Shown: piece by piece, positions 52,949 to 64,000 of the stretch
Position numbering within the stretch: position 1 is the first letter of the stretch
How the letters are laid out: every line of letters starts with the position of its first letter
Assembly: GCA_036630325.1 (NCBI GenBank)
Contig: CP142730.1
Span: 1 to 64,000 of the forward strand
Direction: 5' to 3'
DNA: 64,000 nucleotides
DNA from: Vairimorpha necatrix
Lineage: Eukaryota
The notes under the pieces: model-generated
The model's database searches: none
Told to the model about the DNA's origin: nothing
Seen by the model: the letters and a program-made list of their open reading frames with translations, nothing else
Position numbers and translations under genes: made by a program

Positions 52949-53700
52949 ATGAGAAACTAAGGAGAACTAAGAAATTCAAGATCAGATATTTTTTCTACTA
53001 ATAAAGCAGCCATGGATTTCTTGAAGAAAGCAATATGTCTGAAATGTTCTTAGAGTATGGTTTTATACACGATGTTACGTATTATAACAATTTTCGACAA
53101 AGATGTTTAACTTGGTGTGTATAAAAATAAAACAGTTTTGGAGGTCTAAAAAAAACCAACTCAAAGTAGACATATGCGACTACATAATTATAATGTCTTC
53201 GTGGCAAGAAAAAAAATTATGAATATAATACTGATTGAAATTTTATAGTGAATTAAAAACTAATGAAACTAAAAAGTGTAATAATAGGAGTAATATCTGA
53301 AGACAATGAAACAACATGAAGGAAATTTAGCCCTGATCACCCCATACAAGTGGATGAGAGTGTTATAATCAAAGTAAACTTATAAAATCACCTCCAGAAA
53401 TGTATGATTCGCTCAATAAATCTACTTGGATAATTGGTGAGTTGAAAAAAACGTAAAAGCTTCTACTTAAAGTTATACCTAATGGTAAAAAAAGAATTTT
53501 TCCTTGACTGTTTGCTAAAAACCAACACTCCAGGTCTGTTTTATAACTGTCGGACTCAGATCTTACTCATACGCTTTTGCTGGAATGATAAAGAACATAA
53601 AATCGTGAAGCATGAAAAAGGATTTTCCAATGCTGATGGATTTACACTAATTTACAAGAATGAAGTAGTCTATTTTAAAATCCGATATTCAAGGGAGGGA
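52949..53700 (+). pseudogene. Merlin/IS1595 (ISXO2-like) DDE transposase relic
   Basis: IQVDESVI (53344-), TWIIG (~53424) and HKIVKHEKGFSNADGF (53596-) resemble the family motifs VxIDES, WxxG and HxxVNHxxxF...GxHTN. CCCC precedes the ATG at 52949. Confidence 0.72.
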
Positions 53701-53989
53701 TGAGATACCGGGTTGTTCAATGCCGGATAGATAGAAGAATATAAACCGAGAAGAAAAATTAAAAACTCATAATTATAAGTCCTATAAAGGCGCACTTAAA
53801 ACTTTTGAAATTCTTACATTAAAATTAAACTTTTAATTTCTTGCTTTCTCTATAATTTTTTTTAAGGCTCTCGGCTCTCTCTTTTAAGAAAAAAATATCA
53901 GGATTAGACCCTAAGCCCCTTTTATTATTTAAACCCAAAATAAAAAATAAAAAAAAAAGATAAAGATTAGGTATAATAAACATAATGTT

Positions 53990-54023
53990 TAAATCTCGTT
54001 TTACATGGAAAAGCATACGCTAG
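53990..54023 (+). mobile_element. Helitron-like 3' terminus
   Basis: aatctcgttttacatggaaaagcatacgCTAGt matches the termini at 14786, 15306 and 47810. Confidence 0.6.
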
Positions 54024-56159
54024 TAATTTTATAATTTTTTATGAATGTCTTATAAATAATAAAAAAAATTTTAATTATATTTTGGAAGTAGGGTTATAAA
54101 AAAAAACTTTATTTTAAAAATGTCAATGCATGTTATACGCACACATAATTTTAAATTAGAACATTTAATATAAATTTAATATTATAACGAAAGATAAGAT
54201 TATAATAGTTACTTTAGAAATTTAAAACAAAGAAAAATTATATATTAAGATCTTTGTAAAGTAGTAGATAGAAGATTATATGATGTTTTTATGCATGTCA
54301 TTTGTATAATGTTGTCTTAACAAACTAAAAATTATTTTTTAAAAAAAAGGTGTGTTTGTCATTTCCAAAAAGGTCTGGCTTTTCGAAATTTGTTGAGGCA
54401 AAATTCCATTATGTATTAAGAGGTTATGTTATTTATTTCAATATTAAGGATCTAAACATGTTTGATATCACGAAAAAAAGAAAAGTGAAAAATAATGAGT
54501 CCTCGGCAGCTAAATAAATGTGATCACTCATATAATACAAATGAATAGATTTGGTTGGCTACTATATTATCTAGAAACATTTTTAAAGATACTATTAAAA
54601 AGAAAAGGCAATTGACAGAAACTAAATATTTCAATACACCATGATAATTTATTTGATTAAAAAATGCAATTCATGCAAGACAGCAAAATTTAGGTTGTTT
54701 TTAGTAATAAAGACTAGACAGAGTATATTAGATAAAACACCGCATAATAATACTAAAAAAAAATCAAATTAGAATTTATTATTTCAAAAAAAATTTCAAG
54801 ATTTTAACACGTCAACTCTAATAGTTGTGAGAAATATTTCATCACTTTGTACTTTTATCAATTATCAATCTTATTCTTTGGATTTTTGCTTTTGTTAATA
54901 AAAGTAAATACGGGGTTACGAGTAAACTCATCTCGATATATTTCAATCTAGTTTATTTCATGGCTCTAATTATAATATTGCTTGTGATACATAATTTTGC
55001 TTTCTTTTAAAATACTTCGAAAAATGAATTTTGAAAATAAACGTGAAAAAAAAAATTAGTCTTTTTTAAGAAAGGCAATATAAGTAATGAAAAAACAGCC
55101 CCACACTCTATTTATTTGGTATAGACACATAATAAAATCTAAGGAATTTTATTGTCATTAATTTTTCTAATAATTATTTTCTAGTTTTCAACGAAACAAA
55201 AAAGAAAACTGCTAAAACTAGTTCATAGAATAAGAACTAAACATTTGGCGCTTTATTTACAGCCCATTTATATTACTAAATCGGTTCTTAATTGTACCCA
55301 TATTTATATTCGCATCTAATAAAAAATTTTAAATTAATCTTTTTATTCTTTTCTTAATAAATCTAATATATCTAAATAATTTCACGATATTTTTAAATTC
55401 TGAAATTTTTATTTTATTAAACCTTTTTTTTAAAAATTCCAACATCCTTTCATATTTTGACTTTTTTTCCCCATCGACAATTTACTTTTGAGTAAATTTA
55501 TTATCGATATATAAAACATTCCTGACGATTTTTTAAAAAATACTAAAGTATAGTTTTAATCTGAGTGTGAATCTATCTATTAAAATATTTTTTATTTGTT
55601 TATTAAACATTCTTTTATTCATGTAAACAAATTTTTAATTTTAAATTTGATTTTCCCTTTTTCGTTTTCATCATGACTATTCTGATATTATTTGCCAAAT
55701 TTTCCGAAAAACATGTTTAACTTTTCTTTTTTTGCTTTAATTACATATCCTTTTAAAATTTTTCCTTTTCTATTGTATTGTATTTTTGATTTTTTTTTTC
55801 TATTAATTTATTATTTAATTTTATTGTTTTTCATAATAGTTTCTAATGCAAGACCAAATTTAATAGGATTTTATATTTTTTTTTTGTGTTTTTATAAAAA
55901 GTATTTCAAGATATTTATAGATCTAAAGTTTGTATATAATCACCACATTACAAATTTTATCTATAACTAAATTTTCATTTCACAAAAGAGTAAATTATAT
56001 ACATTTGCAATCTTACTAAACGGAGTAAACTAAATATTTAAACATATTCTATGTTTTTCATCAATATTAGTGCCCTTAGTTACTCCTAATGCACTAAATT
56101 ATATTTAGACAAAAATTCTAGCATGCGGCTATAAAGAATATCATTTATGCTTAGCAATA

Positions 56160-56760
56160 TTTTGTCGACAGCGTAAAATTAAAAATGAAGACTGTAGATC
56201 ATCTAGCAAGATGATGCGATCGTAGGCTATCATTCGATTAGTCTATATGACATAATGACGAATTAGATCCATTTACCTCGAACTATGCTTAGAGTACGGG
56301 CTGAAATTTTATAATTATACACGAACAGAGTGCAAGAAAAAATGACTAATAATAACGCAGGATTTGGGTAGACAAGAGGATCTTTACTGAAATAAAACAA
56401 TTATATAAGCCTAATATACATGTATTGGACAAGAAAAATAAAAAATAACACTAACGAAATACTAATAACTTACCTGGAAACTTTACACAAAGTATAACAT
56501 GAAAATTTTAGAAAGTACAATATTTTATCAGATGAATTGGCCCTAATGCACAAATTCAAAGTTTAAAAAACCATAATTAATGACATGGGACGGAATTGAG
56601 ACAACAAATTACAACAATTATGTTGATGCCATTGGCCTATAGAATAATACTGAAGTTACATAAAAATGAATTATAATGAATACACTAAAGAGCATTATTT
56701 TTGAACATGAATAAAAACTCGTCGAGGTAAATCCGGAATCAAGAACATAATAGAGCTTGA
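56160..56760 (+). mobile_element. Old decayed RLE LINE fragment (zinc knuckle plus endonuclease region)
   Basis: KTVDHLAR*CDR (56188-), RKYNILSDELALMHK (~56510) and MTWDGI (56580-). Confidence 0.8.
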
Positions 56761-58789
56761 AGAAGGGGGTGGCCTGAATAAATGCGCGGCAGTGTAGGCA
56801 AACTGAATAAACAAACCAAATAATAACTATATGTAAAGCTTTCTATACTCAACAATATTATTTTTTAAAAGATTCTTTGTTTACATAAATTTGTTTCTAG
56901 GAGTAAACTATCGGCTAGTAAAAATTATCATCTTTATAAAGAGACTCTATTATATCTGATATTATTTTTTTTAGTTCTGTAATGTTCGTTTCATTATATT
57001 TGTTTTGCGTAATTAAAATATTCTATATATCGTAAATTTTCTCATACGACAATAAACGACAAAATCGTTTTTATTGCAGATTTTGGTTTGTTAATAATGT
57101 TTGAAAAAATATATAAAATCATAATAAATATGTAATTTGTTAAAAACAATTAGCTAGAACATCATAGCATCACTTAGGACAATTGCAAATAATGAAAGTT
57201 GCATTACAATTCCTGCTTATGTAAATTTTTTTACTAAGTCTTTATCTTCAAGAATTTTGTAAAAATGTTCCATGCTTTTAAAATTATTTTTTGTTTTGTT
57301 TTTACCTGGATTTAAAAGTGTTAGTTTCATTGTTCATTTTATTTTTGCTTATTATAACGTATACCTTAAAAAATAGTGCTAGTTTAATATATAATAAATT
57401 TTAAAAAAAAATTTGGATATTTGATCTTTGTTTTTTTTTCAATATGATTTATGCAAACTCATATGACAAGATTTGTTGTATAAAATTCTATTATGTAAAA
57501 ATATTACAAATGTAATTGCTTACTACAAACATGTCTCTAATTTCATAAATCTTAATAAGAAAAGGGCATTAAAAGAAAAGCCCTTTAACATATTAGCAGT
57601 AAAAATTAAAATTTCTCGTTTGTGTTTTTGTAATTTATTACTTGCCTCATATATTTTTTCATAGATGATTTTAATACACTACGTCTTAACTATAATTGAT
57701 GTATTAATTATAATGTATGAACACAAACTCTTCCACACTTTGATATTATCCCTGATAATATAAATCATATAAAAGCTTAATTGAATTAATATTTGAAAAA
57801 TCTAAAAACATTACAACTTCTCTTTCATTTAGATTATATTTTCAACTGTAGATTTATTTTTTGTATAGGCAAAAACATTTCTACTTATACTAATCGCAGT
57901 TTCAAATGTATCTTATACATTTCATATATTACTACTTATCTTTAAAAATTCGCATATATAGCCATTTAATAATAAGTAAAGCATAAATATATATAATGCC
58001 CCATATAGCTTTTCAAAGCATTGTTATTTAACTTTTCGTATTGCAGATGCTTATTTATGAACAAAGACAAATTTTAGTTTCATTTAGATATTAGAATGAG
58101 TAAAATATCCTGATTTTTATTAAATTACATTTAACTAAATTGAAGGTCATTCCAACGCCTTGGTTTTTATTGTCATTTAAAGGTTAATTTAAAAGATTTT
58201 ATGTCCGTTTTTTATTATAATATATAGATATAAATGTTATATCCGGATGAGAAAGTGGTAAAACTATGATTTATATTTCAATTGATCATAATTTTAGACT
58301 AAAATTTTAAAGTACGTAATTAATCTTAATATATTTGTCTTGTGATATATATTTTATTGTATTTTTTCATTCTTATTAACCCATATACCATTTTAATAAA
58401 ATTTTTAATATAGAAATCTAAAATATTAATATCTAACGAAGAATATGATCTGTTATCGTCTAGTCCCGAGTTTTTTAAAATTTTGGTTGTATATATGACT
58501 CGCACTATATACTGTTTTAAACTTATTTTAAAATATTTTTGCAGATCAATTACATTTTTAGATCAAGGTATAAAATTCTAGTATATAACACACAAAAACT
58601 TTATAAACGTATATAAACTGTAAGAAAAAAAATTTAAAATCATGTCGAGATATAAAGTTATGCTTTTATAGTATGTTTATAGCTCTAGTATTATTTATTT
58701 TTATTGTATTTGACAAATACTCTTTTCTATAAAATATTGTTAGTAATTTCTCGTTATATAACCTCAGAAAGTTTCGGGTTCTACGTAAA

Positions 58790-59598
58790 TTTTTTTTTTT
58801 TTTTTTTTTTCTTTTTCTTTGCAAGTAAGAGGTAGGGAGAAACCTTACATAGGGACCAGAGGGATTTGGGTGTGATCCTTTTCCAACTGGTACTGTGAGA
58901 TTATTACTCACTAAAACTCCCTCCATACACTTGCCGGTGCAGCAAGCTCCGCCGTATCCATTGGACTTTGGCTCCAGGAGAACGTTTTCCATTTATACCT
59001 CAAATCGCGTCCAGAGTGACCTCACAGCGGATATACTTAACGGGCATGGTTATCTATAATCCGATGAGATACATCATCGTACTGACTCAAAGGTCCCTAC
59101 AATCATCTGTATCGCACACACGGCTCCTTACACGACCACATCCCCAGCCCGGCGTTTTTATTGGGCTGCGTTGACCACCAGTCTCCCACTAGTTTCGGCC
59201 ACCGTGTTACAGAATCATGTAGGATAGGGTCCACGAGACCTTCTATTGCCCTACTTCGTCTAGTCTCTTAGTTAGCTCTAGGATCCCACTCTAGAGTGCA
59301 CCGGCCATGGGCTCCAACTAGGCCGTACCCATTAGATACTTTTATGTATCATTAAGTCACCAAAGGGCGATACTGCTTTTTGGCCTTGAGGTGCGTTTCT
59401 ACACTAGATGCTAATCCCCTTGTGGCTGGACACACACAAGTTTCATTGAATCAACTTAATGATTACCGTGGACATTTTCATCATCTGAGTTGTTCCAACT
59501 GCATCATAGAAAGTAGAAACAATTTGGTGCCCCTGGGACTCGAACCCAGCCCATTGGTCAATGAGAACATCCCTTCGACCACTCGGCCAAGGGCACCT
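58790..59598 (-). mobile_element. tRNA-derived SINE (~810 bp) with poly(A) tail and 12-bp TSD
   Basis: tRNA-like head at 59526-59597, GC-rich non-coding body, A21 tail (T run 58790-58810), and TSD GTTCTACGTAAA at 58778-58789 and 59599-59610. Confidence 0.9.
59525..59597 (-). other. tRNA-like head of the SINE (Pol III A and B boxes; Leu/Ser-type D arm; no canonical anticodon arm)
   Basis: Acceptor stem GGTGCCC/GGGCACC, A box TGGCCGAGTGG, T arm CTGGG-TTCGAGT-CCCAG. Confidence 0.85.
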
Positions 59599-60756
59599 GT
59601 TCTACGTAAACAGAACATGAAGAGATCATGATGCTAAAAATCGGAGAGAATGTTCCTACCCTAGAATAAAAGAATTTTAATAGATCGACAAAAATTTAGG
59701 TAAATAGCAATAGAAAGAATTACAGAAACTTCCATTGTAGATGCTTGAACGACGAGGTTTCTGTCGCACCGTTGAAACTAGATTATTTTAAAAAAATAAA
59801 TTGTTTGTTGTTTATGTTCTATAATTATTATTATTTTTACATAAATTAAATATATGTATTTTTTAAAAATAATAATTAGCATAAGAATTTATGAGCTCTA
59901 AATTTTTATTTTTGTTTTTGGATTATTGCATTAAAAACTCATCATAGGAAATATTAGTTCTCTATTTATATAAATATAAGTACATTTATTGTTTTACAAG
60001 GCAAGCATATTTTTTACATAAAGACAGTGTACTTGTTGAAAGTTTTATATCTATCTGAACTCATTCAATGCCTAAGCTTCAACTAAAATTTGCAATAAAT
60101 GTTTGTTTTAAGCTGCCTGTAGTATTTTCGATTACTAAATAACTTAAAAAGGGTAATTTGAGATATCAATATGTACATACATCGATTTCATATTTATTTA
60201 AAAAAATTACCAAAAAATAAAGGGTTTGAATACATGCAGACTTTAGTTGTTCTATGTTGATAAGGTAATGTTTATGAACAATATAATTAACTATAATCAT
60301 ACATTTAAAAAACAAAATATTTTCTAGATATTTGCTTTAGTTGTATTTTTGATAAAAGCCTTTTATGATAAAATATACAATTCTAGACTTTTTTATAATA
60401 TGTTTTGAATATTTTTTACAGAATTCGATCCATAAAAAATTTGTTAATATAGAAAATATTGAAAAATTATAAAAATGCTTTACGTATTTAAATTCTATAA
60501 GTTTATAATGTTTCCCTAATTTATAAGTTCCGTCTGATCTCTACATTTTCAAAATAAATTTTATAAGTTTGCGTGCCCTGAACAATTGTACTGTTATTGT
60601 CTATTTTGTGTCACACGCTTAGGACCTTTTGTGGTAATTATTTTTATTATGCCCAATCACAATCTATAAAACCATAGTGAATTTCATGATATATATCTAC
60701 AGAAACATTTACTATTTACAAAATGTAATTTTTTCACATGACAATAAATTCCTATT

Positions 60757-61417
60757 GGTACATGACCGTTTGGAACCCGCTTTAGGAAAATAACCCCGCA
60801 TTGGGAAAATGAACCCGCTTTGAAATTTTAAAGGAACTCCCCCTTTTAAGAAAATGGCAAAATTGGCAAAAACAATGTTTGTTGAGGCAGATGAGGTTTT
60901 TAGTGATGTTATGTATTTATACGTGGAATATAAAGAAAAGTTTATTTTGGAAACATTTGATGCTGAATCGGCGTGCGCCTTGCTCGTTTCTGTAACTAGT
61001 AGAATACTGCTTTTTCCTTGAGGTGATACAAGAAAATGTATAACCTGTTTCTATATGATCTCTAATCAATGGGTAGCATATGATGTCACATTAGCTAAGC
61101 AAAGGGATGGAGCACAGTACTAAGAATCACTCCATAAATGCTGTACCATCTAGCGATTCTGAGTCACCGTCCGCCATATAATTTAGTTGGTTTGGGCTCA
61201 TTTCTATAAGAGATATTCGTTCTAGATATAAACAAAGAAGAACAAGGGTACCTTTTACAGTTCCACTGGGCTTTCCAAATTCACAAAATTCACCGGATAA
61301 ATTGTCTTCTGTCATTATTTAAAATAAATCATCAAGTCCCTTTTTTTATAATTTTTTTTATTTTTCCCTTTTTTGAATTTTTCAAAGCGGGTTCCAAACG
61401 GTTATGGGTCATGTACC
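60757..61417. mobile_element. Non-autonomous Merlin-type DNA transposon (661 bp)
   Basis: TIR GGTACATGACC/GGTCATGTACC plus subterminal ccgtttggaacccgcttt/aaagcgggttccaaacgg. Perfect 8-bp TSD TTCCTATT at 60749-60756 and 61418-61425. Confidence 0.88.
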
Positions 61418-62388
61418 TTCCTATTTGATTTTACTCAATTTCATTGATTTTATGCGTACTGTGCTAATTATATTATAACAAAATTACCATAGCAATTATT
61501 CTCTTGTCTATAATAGAACATGTATTAGCTAAATCAAATTAAAAGAGTATGTTTATTATTGGTTTTTGTGAATTCATCGTAAGCAACTCACCATAAGCAA
61601 TTAACCAAAAATTAAAATATGATTTTTTTAGGGATATCCATTCTAATAATATGCAATATATATTTAATCCATACATAATCAAATTTTAATTAAATATATA
61701 TAATGGATATTCCTAAGAGAAATTAATATTTTGATTTTTCGATGAATTGATTCATGTCAATTGCTATTCGGTGAATTCTCAGGACACCTTTTTTATTCCT
61801 GACAAATTAGGACGAATTTAGGGGTTGCTCTCATAACCTCCTCAATTTAGCTTATGGTTTCTGTGGTATCATAAATACTGCGTAGCTCCAAATTAGTGGT
61901 CATCCTGTTTTGTAACCTAACTCTTGACTAGTTGACTTGTTGATCGCTGCACACACGTTTTTAACCACTTCAAACTTTACCAAATACGTCTGGTTGTATC
62001 CTCAGCTTTATATAACGAAAAACTTAAGATCACTGGATTATAAAATAGGTGTATATATAGAGAAATGATTAGATTCTGATCATCTGATGTTTTTTTTTTA
62101 AATAAAGTATACAACAACACACATTCGATTAATTATCTATATTTTTATATCTCCCAATAAAACAAAATCGAGTATAATACAATATAACTACATAATTAAA
62201 TGTGCTTTGTCTATCTGATAGGAAGCAAAGCTCATAGAATTATTCTTTTAATGATTGTACAAAATATTATTGTTGTTAAGGGTTGAATAAAGATATTTAA
62301 AATATGAGGGGAATCAATGAAAAGAATTATTTTTTGATACAAACTAGAAACGAAAATTACGCACTGGAAACAGATAGAATGTAACTAA

Positions 62389-62615
62389 TATAAAAGATTT
62401 ATTGAGTTAATTTATCATTAAGCTTAGGATTTCATAGCACATCTTTCCCAGGTATCGCTAATGGGATTAGCAAATTCAAAGACTTTGGTTTCTGTGGAAT
62501 TATTAATATTTTCCAACTTCACTTTTTCAGCTTCAGTCCCCTTTGCCGACACCACTTCTTTAACAGTCGCCATATTAACTAGTGCGATTACAGCTCTAGT
62601 CACTTCTTCTTTTCC
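62389..62615 (-). mobile_element. 5'-truncated RLE LINE family A copy (227 bp)
   Basis: Aligns with 12717-12942; 11-bp TSD AATGTAACTAA at 62378-62388 and 62616-62626. Confidence 0.88.
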
Positions 62616-62643
62616 AATGTAACTAAAAGCAATAATTTTTTAA

Positions 62644-62761
62644 AATTACAGCACCCTGCTTTTCCGAGCGGTCTCCCATCTCAGTACTCACAAGGCTCTT
62701 ACTGGCTTAACTTCGGAGAGCTGACGAGTTCCGGTGCATTACAGTAGATATGGCCGTAATT
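62644..62761 (-). rRNA. 5S ribosomal RNA
   Basis: AATTACGGCCATATCTACTG...GAACTCGTCAGCTCTCCGAAGTTAAGCC...GAGTACTGAGATGGGAGACC...GGTGCTGTAATT, 118 nt. The termini pair and a short T tract ends the gene. Confidence 0.95.
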
Positions 62762-62924
62762 GAATTAAAACAATATAAATTTAATAATGTATAATTGACG
62801 TTAACATCTGCTTATGTAATATACTGATAAGTGATTTATTTTTTTTTTATTGTACAATTCGAATTTTTTAAATTTATAGATTAAGAGATACACGTAAACA
62901 CAAATGGTTGTTGTCAATAACTTA

Positions 62925-63070
62925 ATTCTTGTTTTCCATCCCCTCTAAGGAATTGTTTCTAAATACTTTTTGTAGCCAATCAAATCTGTCCATTTGTAAG
63001 AAGATGATTAGTCAGTATAAGATCGGCTACGACAGTTAATATTGTATTTTTATAGTACTAGGAGATTTTT
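62925..63070 (+). repeat. Unclassified dispersed repeat (other copies at ~21430-21650, ~29770-29990 and ~32910-33110)
   Basis: Shared attctt.ttttccat.ccctct ... tttgt.agaa.atg ... g.tc.gctac.aca blocks. Confidence 0.6.
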
Positions 63071-64000
63071 TTTCAAAATAGTAAAAACATATGTAGACAA
63101 AAAATCTCAGGAGAGCGAATCCTATCAATTATTTATGGACTTTTATAAGATTGAGCAATTGTTATACATAACATATAAAGTATAACTTAAGAAGCAAATA
63201 AACACAATAGTATTGGGTCAGGTACAATATTCCACATAAAAATTCCAGTCATGTCATTTGACCTAATATCACTTTATTTAATTACAACCATATAAATATA
63301 TATTTGGTTCTATAAATAATAGTTGACTTTTTAGTAATTTACGAACTAGATTTTATATTTTCTTATATACTTACATGTTCATAAAGACTTTATTTTTTCT
63401 ACCTGTATATATTAAAGAGGATAAATAACCTTGTAATTTTTTTAAAACAAAAATTAATGGGAAATTTTGATCATATTAAAGTAAAAGTTAATGTTTAAAA
63501 ATTATTTTTCATCTTTAATGAGAAAAACTAATTATATTGCAAAGGTGAAATTCACATCAATGGTAATATTCTCCCTTTGAATCCCAATTTCTTCTATTTC
63601 ATCCCACTCTACGCAATGTTTCTATTTTCATGATAGGTATCTTGTGTAGTGTAAAAACTGTTATTACTATCTAACTTTGGCTCTTTATATAATTTCAAGC
63701 CAACTTCTAGTCGATTTGTTTATGAAATTACATACGAAACGATTAACACAAAAAACACATCTTACCATAGAGTTATAAAGATTTTTTATCGCATTGGCTT
63801 TCAAAAAAAAATTAATTGAATAAGTAAAACATAAAAATTCTTTAGAAAATTTCTTGAAGTAAGCAAATCGTCGATAAATTAGAATATTTGTACCATGTAC
63901 AATATCGAAAATTACAAAGTAGTCTTACATGTAATTTTTTTATGATAAAATCCACAAGGCAAGTTTTTTGAATATTTTGCTAGATTTATTACCTTTTGTA

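Noticed and set aside
54345-54385. CVCHFQKGL resembling the MULE CxxH motif
   Set aside because: A single short motif with no supporting frame or TIRs.
10784-57664. Many 60-100-aa F/I/L/K/N-rich ORFs in the ORF track
   Set aside because: Composition mirrors the AT-rich background, many use non-ATG starts, and none has motifs or a CCC start context.
58666-59631. Three ORFs overlapping the SINE
   Set aside because: They cross the TSD or poly(A) boundary or run antisense, show no motifs, and are expected by chance in GC-richer DNA.

Overview
The window is the left end of a very AT-rich eukaryotic chromosome, most likely from a microsporidian. That inference rests on the mixed TTAGG/TAGG telomere, the microsporidian-type 5S rRNA, CCC motifs just before start codons, and Merlin and RLE-type retroelement relics. 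A ~2.9-kb telomere is followed by a gene-poor subtelomere full of mobile elements. These include three LTR elements: a decayed Ty3/gypsy with 38-39-bp LTRs, a gag-only element with 54-55-bp LTRs, and a young Gag-protease element with identical 226-bp LTRs sitting at the junction of a 5.8-kb tandem duplication. Also present are several 5'-truncated RLE (R4/Dong-like) LINE copies, an ~810-bp tRNA-headed SINE with a poly(A) tail and 12-bp TSD, tandem non-autonomous Helitrons, Merlin-type DNA elements and a ~158-bp satellite. Recognisable host genes are few: a Rho-like GTPase with one in-frame stop, a frameshifted ~745-codon putatively secreted protein, and one 5S rRNA gene. Identity estimates and alignments were made by eye, and no database search was possible.
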